Assembly (NCBI GenBank): GCA_965204815.1
Contig: OZ242014.1
Span: 615,170 to 679,169 of the forward strand
Length of the DNA: 64,000 nucleotides
Source: Dehalococcoidia bacterium
GTDB lineage: Bacteria; Chloroflexota; Dehalococcoidia; Lucifugimonadales; CATOSD01
Direction: 5' to 3'
Part shown: positions 8,654 through 16,961 of the stretch, piece after piece
How the letters are laid out: each line of letters opens with the position of its first letter
Numbering within the stretch: position 1 is the stretch's first letter
The notes under the pieces: model-generated
What the model was told of the DNA's origin: nothing
Seen by the model: only the letters and a program-made list of their open reading frames with translations
The model's database searches: none
Made by a program: the position numbers and the translations under genes

Positions 8654-9052
8654 GCCGGGCCTCCCGCCATGTTCAGATGGTGAAAATCGGGGGGGGGGGG
8701 GGGGTAACGTGCATGGCCGCCCTCAAAAGGCGGCGCATCCTGCTGTTGCTTTCGTTGAACATGGCTGTCGTGCCTCCTTATCGGCCAGCGTTGCGCTTCA
8801 TTCGGTCGGGATGGACTCGCCGACCCCGGCGGAGCGGTTGGTTCCATCTCCCGTGCCCAGAGTGCGGCGGCGGCCTGTGTCGCCCCGCGGAGCGGAGACA
8901 CACAAACCCATCTAAACTCTACCAAACTACCTGTAGCCTCAGCGTATCTTTCAAGGGTTCTTTTGTGTACTATGGTGTAACATGCTGTCGGATTCCTGAT
9001 GTTGCCGGGGCCGTGACCAGGCACAACTGCGTACAGGTCGGGAAGGAGGATT
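8541..9052. repeat. Copy 2 of the ~0.5 kb duplicated signal-peptide plus divergent regulatory segment
   Basis: See copy 1. Frame-shifting indels between the copies show the conservation is non-coding: the 5507..5884 and 8629.. peptides agree only in patches. An AT-richer core identical in both copies (..ctaaactctaccaaactacctgtagcctcagcgtatctttcaagggttcttttgtgtactatggtgtaacatgctg..) probably holds the divergent promoters. Confidence 0.85.
8689..8704. repeat. G16 homopolymer (C16 on the minus strand), 36 nt upstream of the 422-aa secreted-protein ATG
   Basis: Direct count in ..gtgaaaatcGGGGGGGGGGGGGGGGtaacgtgcatg.. Confidence 0.9.
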
Positions 9053-9054
9053 CG

Positions 9055-11436
9055 GTGGGTTCAGACCAGCTCTACCGTGAGAACGAGGCGCTGCGGGAGC
9101 GCCTGTCGCGCCTCAGCGCAGCCAGCCAACACATCAACGAGAGCCTGGACGTGGACACGGCGCTGCGGGCAGTGATGGACAGCGCCCGCTCCCTGACGCG
9201 GGCACCCTTCGCCTCGATCATCACCCTGGACGATTCCGGGTGGGTGGAGGAGCACCTGGTTCTGGGATTCGAACCCGGCTACTTGGAGCGGCTCTGGCAG
9301 GCTCCCCAGGGGCAGACGTTCTTCGAGTACCTGAACGCCCTGCCGGGACCGCTGAGGGTCGGCCCACTGGAGGAGTTCACCAGGTCCATCGGTCTTGAGG
9401 AGTTCCGCTCGCCCGTGGCTCTCACCGCCTTCATGGCGGCCCCGATACTCCACCAGGGCGTGCGCTCGGGCCATATCTACGTGGGGAGCGACGAGCTGGG
9501 CCGGGAGTTCACCCAGGAAGACGAGGAGACGCTGGTGATGTTCGCCTCACAGGCGGCGCTGGTCATCGCCAACGCCCGCGCCTACCGGGAGGAGCGGCAG
9601 GCCAGGGCCGACCTGGAGACGCTGGTCAACACCTCGCCGGTGGGCGTGGTGGTCTTTGACGCTCGTACGGGAATGCCGGAGTCCGCCAACCGGGAGGCCA
9701 GACGGCTGGTGGAGGGCCTGCTCGACGAGGGCCAGCAGGCGGAGGACATCCTTGACGTGGTGACCTGCGTGCGCGGCGACGGCAGTGAGGTCTCCCTTCG
9801 GGAGTTACCCCTGGCGGAGGTGCTCGGCTCAGGGGACACGGTGCGGGCCGAGGAGATCGCGCTCAGGGTACCTGACGGGCGCAGCGTCAGCCTCCTGCTC
9901 AACGCCTCTCCCATCCACGCCGAGGACGGGCACGTGGCGTCCTTCGTCGTCACCATGCAGGATCTGACACCCCTCGATGAGCAGGAGCGGCTGCGGGCCG
10001 AGTTCCTGGCCATGGTCAGTCACGAGCTGCGGATGCCCCTGGCCACGGTCAAGGGCTCCACCACCTCCCTGCTCAGCGGCCCCGACATGGACCCCGCCGT
10101 GGCCGCCCAATTCCACCGCATCGTGGACCAGCAGGTCGACCACATGCAGTACCTCATAGGCGACCTGCTGGACGTGGCCCGCATCGAGACGGGGGCGCTG
10201 CCCGTGGACCCGGAGCCGTCGGAGCTACGCCTGCTGGTGGAGGAGGCCAGGAGCAGGTTTGTGACCGGCGGCGCAGGGAACCCCCTGGACGTGGAGATGG
10301 CGGCGGACCTGCCGATGGTCATGGCCGATAGGCGGCGCATCGTCCAGGTGCTGGGCAACCTGCTCTCCAACGCCGCAGGGTATTCCCCCGATGGGTCGCC
10401 CATCACGGTGAGGGCCGCGCGGGACGGCGTCCACGTCGCCGTCTCCGTCGTTGACCGTGGCAGAGGCATACCGGCGGAGCTTCTGCCGGAGCTGTTCCGC
10501 AAGTTCTCGCGGGCGTCCGGCGCGGCGGCGACGTTGGGCGTCGACGGGTCGGGCCTGGGTCTCGCCATCTGCAAGGGCATCGTCGAAGCCCACGGGGGCC
10601 GCATCTGGGCGGAGAGCGACGGGCCGGGCCTGGGGGCGCTCTTCACCTTCACGCTGCCGGCGGTTGAGCGGTCAGCGATTGAAGCTCCCGACCCTGCATC
10701 CACCGGCTCGACGCGCACGGCCCGGGTCCGCGTCCTGGCCGTGGACGACAACCCCCATGACCTGCGGTACGTCCGCGACGTCCTCACACGCGCGGGCTAC
10801 GCGCCCATCGCGACCGGAGACCCCGGCGACGTGCCACGCCTCATGGAGGAGGAAAAGCCTCACCTCGTCCTGCTGGACCTGGTGCTGCCTGGGAGCGACG
10901 GCATCGAGCTGATGAACGACATACGGAAGACGGCGGACGTGCCGGTGATCTTCCTGTCGGTCTTCGGCCAGGACGAGACCGTCGCCAGGGCTCTCGACAT
11001 GGGGGCGGCCGACTACCTGGCCAAACCCTTCTCGCCCACGGAGCTTGCGGCGCGGATCAGGGCGGCGCTCAGGAAGCGGCTGGAGCCGTTCCAGGGTGAG
11101 CCGTCGGGACCCTACGCGGTCGGAGGGCTGAGCATCGACTACGCCCTGCGCCGGGTGACGCTGAACGGGGAGCCGGTGGAACTGACGGCCACGGAATACG
11201 CGGTGCTCTACGAGCTTTCGGTCCACGCTCCCCGCACGCTGACCCAAACCGTGCTGCTACAGCGAATCTGGGGGCCGGAGAAAGTCGGCGAGTCCTGGCT
11301 GCTGCGGAACATGGTGAAGCGGCTCCGCCGCAAGCTGGGCGACGACGCAGCAGACCCCAGGTTCATCTTCACCGAACCCCGCGTCGGCTACCGGATGGCG
11401 AAGGGGGAGACGGGCGACATAGAGATTCAGGAGTGA
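9055..11436 (+). CDS. Soluble hybrid sensor histidine kinase fused to a complete OmpR-family response regulator (GAF-PAS-HisKA-HATPase_c-REC-winged helix)
   Basis: GTG 9055 lies in-frame after AGGAGGA. H-box FLAMVSHELRMPLATVKG, N-box LGNLLSNAAGYSP, G-boxes DRGRGIP and GSGLGLAICKGIVEAHGG. REC: VLAVDDNPHDL..LVLLDLVLPGSDG..DYLAKPF. wHTH: LTATEYAVLYEL..MVKRLRRKLGDD..TEPRVGYRM. No hydrophobic TM segment is seen. Confidence 0.85.
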   Translation: MGSDQLYRENEALRERLSRLSAASQHINESLDVDTALRAVMDSARSLTRAPFASIITLDDSGWVEEHLVLGFEPGYLERLWQAPQGQTFFEYLNALPGPLRVGPLEEFTRSIGLEEFRSPVALTAFMAAPILHQGVRSGHIYVGSDELGREFTQEDEETLVMFASQAALVIANARAYREERQARADLETLVNTSPVGVVVFDARTGMPESANREARRLVEGLLDEGQQAEDILDVVTCVRGDGSEVSLRELPLAEVLGSGDTVRAEEIALRVPDGRSVSLLLNASPIHAEDGHVASFVVTMQDLTPLDEQERLRAEFLAMVSHELRMPLATVKGSTTSLLSGPDMDPAVAAQFHRIVDQQVDHMQYLIGDLLDVARIETGALPVDPEPSELRLLVEEARSRFVTGGAGNPLDVEMAADLPMVMADRRRIVQVLGNLLSNAAGYSPDGSPITVRAARDGVHVAVSVVDRGRGIPAELLPELFRKFSRASGAAATLGVDGSGLGLAICKGIVEAHGGRIWAESDGPGLGALFTFTLPAVERSAIEAPDPASTGSTRTARVRVLAVDDNPHDLRYVRDVLTRAGYAPIATGDPGDVPRLMEEEKPHLVLLDLVLPGSDGIELMNDIRKTADVPVIFLSVFGQDETVARALDMGAADYLAKPFSPTELAARIRAALRKRLEPFQGEPSGPYAVGGLSIDYALRRVTLNGEPVELTATEYAVLYELSVHAPRTLTQTVLLQRIWGPEKVGESWLLRNMVKRLRRKLGDDAADPRFIFTEPRVGYRMAKGETGDIEIQE

Positions 11437-11438
11437 TC

Positions 11439-12248
11439 ATGAACGACCCCCACGTGAAGGCCATCCATTACCTCATCGAACATGACGATTCGGTCGACTA
11501 CGGGGACGCTGCACCCTTGGATTGTGAGGACGACCTCTTCCGCATCCAGGCCGACGAGGGCAAAGTGGTCCTAGAGCCCAAGAGTCATTACGCGACGGCG
11601 GCAGAGGCAAGGAACGCGGTTGACGGACTCGTGAAGCGGTGGGAGTTCAAGGCGGCCCTTCGCGCGCGGTCCAGCGAATTCAGGCTCTCATATGTGGGAG
11701 TCGACATCATCGACCGCAACCCGCCGCCCCCGACGCCCGGGGTGGTGACGGTGCGCCCCGTGACCGTCCGGGCCGGGGTGCCCAAGGCGCGGGGCAAGAT
11801 TACCAAGATGCCGTCGGCCTATCCCGCTCCTCACCAGGGCGCGGCCATTGATCCCGCTGACCCCGACGCATCCTTCATGCTATACCGACTCGACCTCTAT
11901 CGTCAGGGAAGAGAGCCGCTGGCGGGCGTCGCCAACGTCTGCCTCACGGTGCTGGAGTACTCCGCCCTGCAGGCGGCCGGAGGCGGCGGGAACAAGCGCA
12001 AGTCGGCGGCCACCCACTACCGGATTGAAGAGACGGTTCTGAAAAGAGTTGGGATGCTCTCGGCCAGTAGGGGCGGCCCCGTCGCTCGGAAAGCTGAGGG
12101 CCGCGGCGACCCATTCACGCAGGAGGAGACACGCTTTCTGGAAGCGGCAGTGGCCGCCTTCGTTCGAAGGGCTGCGGAGAAGGCGGCCGACCCCAATGGA
12201 AAGCCATCCGTCATCACGATGGCCGACCTACTCAAGCCGACCAAGTAG
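11439..12248 (+). CDS. Hypothetical protein (269 aa), no family recognised
   Basis: ATG 11439 sits 5 nt after CAGGAG and 3 nt after the kinase stop, so it is probably co-transcribed. It is high-GC like the core genome. No TM segments or motifs that I can assign. Confidence 0.55.
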   Translation: MNDPHVKAIHYLIEHDDSVDYGDAAPLDCEDDLFRIQADEGKVVLEPKSHYATAAEARNAVDGLVKRWEFKAALRARSSEFRLSYVGVDIIDRNPPPPTPGVVTVRPVTVRAGVPKARGKITKMPSAYPAPHQGAAIDPADPDASFMLYRLDLYRQGREPLAGVANVCLTVLEYSALQAAGGGGNKRKSAATHYRIEETVLKRVGMLSASRGGPVARKAEGRGDPFTQEETRFLEAAVAAFVRRAAEKAADPNGKPSVITMADLLKPTK

Positions 12249-12291
12249 GAACGATCCAGAAGACGAAGGACTAACCATAGCAGGAGAATAG

Positions 12292-13182
12292 ATGACAATA
12301 TCTGAACGCACTCTCTCGCGGTGGAGTCACCACCAGGCTTCCACGGCCTTTACGCAGGCGCACCTGCCCATCCGGGAGGCCCTGAATGCCCACAATCGAC
12401 TGTCGCAGTTCAAGTACGAGGTCTTTCTTCAAGGCTCGTACAAGAACGACACTAACCTGGGCGGGGACAGTGACGTCGATGTGGTCGTGCGGCTGTCATC
12501 GAAGCTAAAGCCCGCGGTGGCCGACCTCACCGGAGAACGGCTTCAGGAGAATGGTTCTCACAAGTTCGTCCACCGGCAATGGAAGTCCTTCCGGGACGAG
12601 GCGCTGAAGGCGCTGCGGGCCAGGTTCGGGACGGCCGCGAAGAGCGGCCGCAAGACCTTGAAGGTGCCGAAGGGCAAGATCCCGGCGGATGCCGACCTCG
12701 TGGTCACGGTGAGCCATAGACAGGGAATCGGCTTATATCTCCCTGACGAGAGGCGTTGGGTCGTCAGCTTTCCGCAGCAGCACCATGAGCGGGGGTTGAA
12801 GAAGGAAAAGGCCACAAACATGCGGTTCAAGAGAACCATCCGCATGTTCAAGGCAGCCCGGAACCGGCTGGTCGAGAAGAAGGTGCTCAGGAAGGAGGAC
12901 GCTCCCTCCTATTTCATCGAGTGCCTGCTCTATAACGTTCCCGACAGTCTGTTCGCAACGAAGCTAGCGCCGACCTATACGGGCGTCCTCGGCTGGCTCA
13001 AGACCGCGAAGCTCAAGGACTTCAAGTGCCAGAACGGACATGTGCCGCTATTTGGACGAGGGCGAGAACAGTGGACCCAAGAGAAGTCGCGGGTCTTCGT
13101 CAAGGCGTTGCAGGCGCTGTGGGATGCTGGGGGATGCCTACGGGGAGGATGCGGGAAGTCGCAACTCCTGTCTGATGACTAG
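12292..13182 (+). CDS. SMODS / cGAS-DncV-like (CD-NTase-like) nucleotidyltransferase
   Basis: Pol-beta NTase catalytic signature LQGSYKNDTNLGGDSDVDVVV (G-S..D-x-D) plus a third acidic strand ADADLVVTV. The C-terminal helical part SYFIECLLYNVPD is typical of this family. GC is lower than in flanking genes. Confidence 0.65.
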   Translation: MTISERTLSRWSHHQASTAFTQAHLPIREALNAHNRLSQFKYEVFLQGSYKNDTNLGGDSDVDVVVRLSSKLKPAVADLTGERLQENGSHKFVHRQWKSFRDEALKALRARFGTAAKSGRKTLKVPKGKIPADADLVVTVSHRQGIGLYLPDERRWVVSFPQQHHERGLKKEKATNMRFKRTIRMFKAARNRLVEKKVLRKEDAPSYFIECLLYNVPDSLFATKLAPTYTGVLGWLKTAKLKDFKCQNGHVPLFGRGREQWTQEKSRVFVKALQALWDAGGCLRGGCGKSQLLSDD

Positions 13183-13409
13183 ACAACACCGGAGCCTCAT
13201 GGACTCCCAGTTGAATCGGGTGAACCTGTAAAGCTCATCCGAATCTCAAAGACGGTTCTATCAATCGTCACGTTCGGTTGGTTCTCATAGGTACGGTCAC
13301 ACATGTGCGCCTAAATGGATCCGGTCGGATGCTACCAGCGTCGCCTAGACGTCAACAGAGCCGGCCGCAATACCCTCGGCTGGGGCGCCGATAGTCAGTG
13401 CCCAGTGAT

Positions 13410-13446
13410 AACCCGTTTTGGGATATTCCAAAACGGGTTTTATCAT
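13410..13446 (+). promoter_or_regulatory. Perfect 12-bp inverted repeat (candidate C-box-like operator) overlapping a putative promoter of the HTH-nuclease operon
   Basis: AACCCGTTTTGG (13410-13421), gatatt, CCAAAACGGGTT (13428-13439). Putative -35 TTGGGA (13418-13423), 17 nt spacer, -10 TATCAT (13441-13446). It sits 42-71 nt upstream of the likely TTG start at 13481. Confidence 0.6.
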
Positions 13447-13480
13447 ATTGCCGCAAGTCCCTGATTGGTCGAGGCGGTAT

Positions 13481-13744
13481 TTGAAGTCGATATTCACGGA
13501 CGAATACAAGGCGTTCCTACAGCGGCTCGCCTCGGCTCGCAGAGAAGCTGGGTTGACACAACACGATCTGGCAAGCCGTATCAATAGGCCCCAGTCGTTC
13601 GTTTCCAAATATGAGCGGGGGGAGCGGCGACTAGACGTCCTCGAGTTCGTGATGGTGTGTGGCGTATTGAGTGTGGACCCTTGCAGCATCGTCCGCGAAG
13701 TTGAGAGCCGCTTGTTAGGACAGGAGCACAATGAGAGTTTGTGA
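13481..13744 (+). CDS. XRE-family HTH protein, controller (C-protein)-like, 87 aa
   Basis: ..ARREAGLTQHDLASRINRPQSFVSKYERGERRLDVLEFVMVCGVL.. is a canonical XRE HTH. TTG 13481 is preceded by GAGG; the ORF-track start 13418 would overlap the operator. The gene lies directly upstream of the nuclease gene. Confidence 0.7.
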   Translation: MKSIFTDEYKAFLQRLASARREAGLTQHDLASRINRPQSFVSKYERGERRLDVLEFVMVCGVLSVDPCSIVREVESRLLGQEHNESL

Positions 13745-13810
13745 CGCTCTTGATTCTATAGATGTGCCTCAGGATTCGAGGCCTCCCTGTAAACGGTGGG
13801 TGAGAAGCCG

Positions 13811-15052
13811 ATGACGTTCCTTCTTGGCCCTAGCCGTTCGGCATACAGTTCCCTTCTGGAAGTGCCGACTCGGTTCGAAATCCGCAACGGAGTTATAGTC
13901 GTTGCCTGGGCTCGCCGATCTGGTGTCGGTATTCTCCACGCTGCTTTAGGCGAGAGCCTGCGCAACGTTGATGTCGTTGTCGGGATGGCGAACCGGGGTA
14001 CTTCTGCCGAGGCCCTGGCGCTCCTCCGATCCTTATCGCGGAGAGTGTTCGTCTACCACAAGCACCATCTCCAGACCTTTCATCCGAAGGTCTACCTCTT
14101 CGATGATGGTCAAAGTCCGCCTTCTGATGCGCTTCTGCTGGTGGGTTCGTCGAACCTGACCGGCGGCGGTCTCTACCAGAACATTGAAGGGAATCTAGAG
14201 TTGGCACTACGGCCGACTGATCACGAGAAGGATAGGGCAACTTACGATTCGGTCGTCCAAGAGGTCGGCGGTTTGATGGCGTCGCCTTTCTGTGAACAAC
14301 TTGTCGATGACGACCGCATCAGGCAGCTTCTTGAAGACCGTTATGTATCCAATGAGGCAACGCTGGCACGAAAGCGTCGCAGAGATAACGGCGAAGTTGC
14401 CCGGCGAGGTGAACGTCGTAAGAGACCTGAGGCTCCCCCTCCTCCCCTTCCGCTGTTCTCACTACCTCCACTACCAGTGTCCTTCGGAGGTCTTGAGACG
14501 GAAGAGGCCGAAGTCGAACCCGCACACCCCGAGGACCAGGCACTCGGTGGCATTGATCTAACCGAACACTTCTACGTTCGCACTCTGACTATAAACGACG
14601 TGAACAAGCTACACGGTGTGACCCCGGGCACAGCTGAGTGGGATATAGGCGTGACTGCCCGAAATGCGCGACCGGCCTTCTGGGGTTGGCCAGACCGGTA
14701 CGCCAATGTTGTCCGAACGCTTCCAAGGCTCGAGTGGCGTATAACGGGCTCCCTCCGGTCCTCATTGACTGGAGATGAGGGAGTTGATGTTGAAATATCT
14801 ATCTGGTTTCGTGAGGAGCGCCCTGGGCACGCCGCGGAGCACCGTTTGAGAATTGGCCCCAGGGCGACCCTTGTCAATGCAACGCCCAACAACTTTGATA
14901 CAACCTCGTTGGTGGTGTTGGAACGATTGCCAGTGGGCAGGACCCATACCTTCTTCGTGCAGTTACTCACTGAACAGGACGCGGGGTACGACGACTACTT
15001 CCGGTACTTGACTCAGGATAGACCGCGCCATCGCTACGGCTACGGGCCATGA
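13811..15052 (+). CDS. PLD-family (single HKD) nuclease with a Pro/Arg-rich linker and a C-terminal B3/EcoRII-N-like putative DNA-binding domain (BfiI-like architecture)
   Basis: HKD motif FHPKVYLFDD..LLLVGSSNLTGGGL (HxK(x)4D..GSxN). The C-terminal half ..HFYVRTLTINDVNKLHG..VDVEISIWFRE..TSLVVLERL.. resembles a pseudobarrel DNA-binding domain. ATG 13811 is preferred over GTG 13796 because its upstream sequence is purine-rich. Confidence 0.7.
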   Translation: MTFLLGPSRSAYSSLLEVPTRFEIRNGVIVVAWARRSGVGILHAALGESLRNVDVVVGMANRGTSAEALALLRSLSRRVFVYHKHHLQTFHPKVYLFDDGQSPPSDALLLVGSSNLTGGGLYQNIEGNLELALRPTDHEKDRATYDSVVQEVGGLMASPFCEQLVDDDRIRQLLEDRYVSNEATLARKRRRDNGEVARRGERRKRPEAPPPPLPLFSLPPLPVSFGGLETEEAEVEPAHPEDQALGGIDLTEHFYVRTLTINDVNKLHGVTPGTAEWDIGVTARNARPAFWGWPDRYANVVRTLPRLEWRITGSLRSSLTGDEGVDVEISIWFREERPGHAAEHRLRIGPRATLVNATPNNFDTTSLVVLERLPVGRTHTFFVQLLTEQDAGYDDYFRYLTQDRPRHRYGYGP

Positions 15053-15137
15053 TTCCTAGTTCGTTCGGCTAAACCCGCTTCGCCACGAGTTGCCCCAGAG
15101 TAGCGGTAACAACGGGGGAGTTCAACGTGGCGCCATC

Positions 15138-16961
15138 TCAGAGGGCATCGAGATTTGACTGCCCCTGCGGTCCGAGATTCTCTAGGAGCTCCAGCACGAA
15201 TCGGGAGGGACCGTTTTCAAACTGTCTGCCGCTCGGTATCTCGTACCAACCTGAGTACATCAAGTATACGACCAGTCTGGCCCGCGTTATTCCAACATAC
15301 AGCACTCGACGTGCTTCAGCGACTCCATCAGGGACTGTGGCGTTATACCGAGGCAGACGTCCCTCCTCAAGGCCAGGGACAATAATAGCGTCGTATTCTC
15401 GGCCCTTGCTGCTATGGAGCGTGGTCAGCGTGACTACGTGGGGGTGCCCTCTACCGATAGCAAAGTTACCAAGTGTGAGCTTCTCCAGTGACTTTCCATG
15501 CTCACATTGACTCCGAATCAGCTTCCAATTGGCTAGAGCCTCTGGTTGCCTAGGATGGTCCGCAAGGAATGTAGTTACGTCTATGCCATCATTGAGTCGG
15601 TCCAGCCACTCTGACAGAGGCATTTCGGCATTGGAGAGCGATTGTAGGAACGCGTGAAACTGGCTACGGTCAGCCAAATCCGCCCAGGCTACAGATATGT
15701 TTGCATCAGTCCTGAGCTGCACCCAATCCTGATATACATCTTCGAAGGCTGGGTCTAGCGTAGACTCTGGGTAGCTAGTGCACCAGGCAGCCACATCTTC
15801 CAGCCATCGTGTGAACGGCGTCCTGGGATACCGCCTATCGCGTTCTCCAGCGAACTCTATCCCTGCATCGGTGAGGGCTCTGCTCAGGGCGGGAACATCC
15901 ATGTAGTCTACGTACAAGATCGCGATTTGGTCATTCGGGATACCTCGCTCATTCAGAGCAGGGACGATTCCACTGGCTATCGTGGTGGCTTGCGATGCCA
16001 GCCCACCTTCATCCTCAACAAAGAGGAGATCACCCTCAGTATCGTCCCTCGCAGATCTGTACCCTCTAGGTTCAGGAGGCGCAAGGGCAATCTCGGAACC
16101 GTCGATGATGCGCTGAGCACACCTGTAGTTCATGTCGAGACGCACGGCGGAAACTTCGGGGTCGCTGGCCAACTCCCCAAGATACTTGGGGTCAGCTCCG
16201 GCGAATCCATAAATGGACTGGTCCTCGTCACCCACTGCAAACACCGTGATGCTAGTGTTTGCCATGATTTCTCGAACGATCCGATGCAAGGGATACCCGA
16301 GGTCTTGGTATTCATCCACTACGAGGTACGGGAAACGAGCCTCCAACGCCTCTCGAACGAATGGCTGGGTCCTTATGAGATCGAGGCCGATCAAGACCAT
16401 GTCATCGAAGTCAATTAGGCCCCGGTGATGGAGGGCAGTTTCATAGGCGTCAGCAACCCGCTCAATCTGCTGATCCTGGTATCCCCCGGTCAGGCGGGTC
16501 CTTCTGTGCAGATTGATGGGCTCGCGCCAATCCGACGCGTTGCTTCGAATCCTAAGGCTGGCCAGGGCTTCCGTAATCGCCCCTGTCACATCCTGACCGG
16601 TCGCAATGTTCGGGTTGGCTGGCAGATCCTCCCTAAACAAACGTCCGAACGGGCCGACGATGCACGACATGCAAAAGCTATGCACCGTGCCCAGAAACAA
16701 CTGTTCCCCGGGTCGGAGCCCTCTGTTGACGAAGCGCTTCCGCAGTTCTCGCACGCACTCATTGTTGTAGGTAACACAGGCGACCCCTCGCGGACCGGCT
16801 ACTCGGTGGCGAAGTAGATAGGCCACTTTGCTGACAAGCACTCTGGTCTTGCCGCTGCCGGGACCTGCGAGTACTGCGCAGTGCCCCTCAGCTAATAGTG
16901 CCTTCTGCTGGAGATCATTCAGGCCGTCGAGGCCGTCACCATGGCTTTCAATCTGAGTCAT
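15138..16961 (-). CDS. gajB: Gabija GajB-like UvrD/PcrA/Rep-family SF1 helicase
   Basis: Walker A AGPGSGKT, Walker B VVDEYQD, late helicase motifs TLHSSKGREYD and LYVGITRAR. Overlaps the upstream OLD-family gene by 14 nt. Confidence 0.8.
   Translation of the reverse strand: MTQIESHGDGLDGLNDLQQKALLAEGHCAVLAGPGSGKTRVLVSKVAYLLRHRVAGPRGVACVTYNNECVRELRKRFVNRGLRPGEQLFLGTVHSFCMSCIVGPFGRLFREDLPANPNIATGQDVTGAITEALASLRIRSNASDWREPINLHRRTRLTGGYQDQQIERVADAYETALHHRGLIDFDDMVLIGLDLIRTQPFVREALEARFPYLVVDEYQDLGYPLHRIVREIMANTSITVFAVGDEDQSIYGFAGADPKYLGELASDPEVSAVRLDMNYRCAQRIIDGSEIALAPPEPRGYRSARDDTEGDLLFVEDEGGLASQATTIASGIVPALNERGIPNDQIAILYVDYMDVPALSRALTDAGIEFAGERDRRYPRTPFTRWLEDVAAWCTSYPESTLDPAFEDVYQDWVQLRTDANISVAWADLADRSQFHAFLQSLSNAEMPLSEWLDRLNDGIDVTTFLADHPRQPEALANWKLIRSQCEHGKSLEKLTLGNFAIGRGHPHVVTLTTLHSSKGREYDAIIVPGLEEGRLPRYNATVPDGVAEARRVLYVGITRARLVVYLMYSGWYEIPSGRQFENGPSRFVLELLENLGPQGQSNLDAL

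Noticed and set aside
8629-9054. The 142-codon N-terminal extension of the kinase ORF (start 8629), and the paralogous 125-aa ORF 5507..5884.
   Set aside because: The two paralogous DNA copies differ by frame-shifting indels, so the peptides agree only in patches and the conservation is at the DNA level. GTG 9055 with AGGAGGA upstream is the plausible start.
9258-9279. A tRNA T-arm-like string, ggttctgggattcgaacccggc.
   Set aside because: It lies inside the GAF domain coding sequence of the kinase, with no acceptor or anticodon arms around it. No tRNA was found anywhere in the window.
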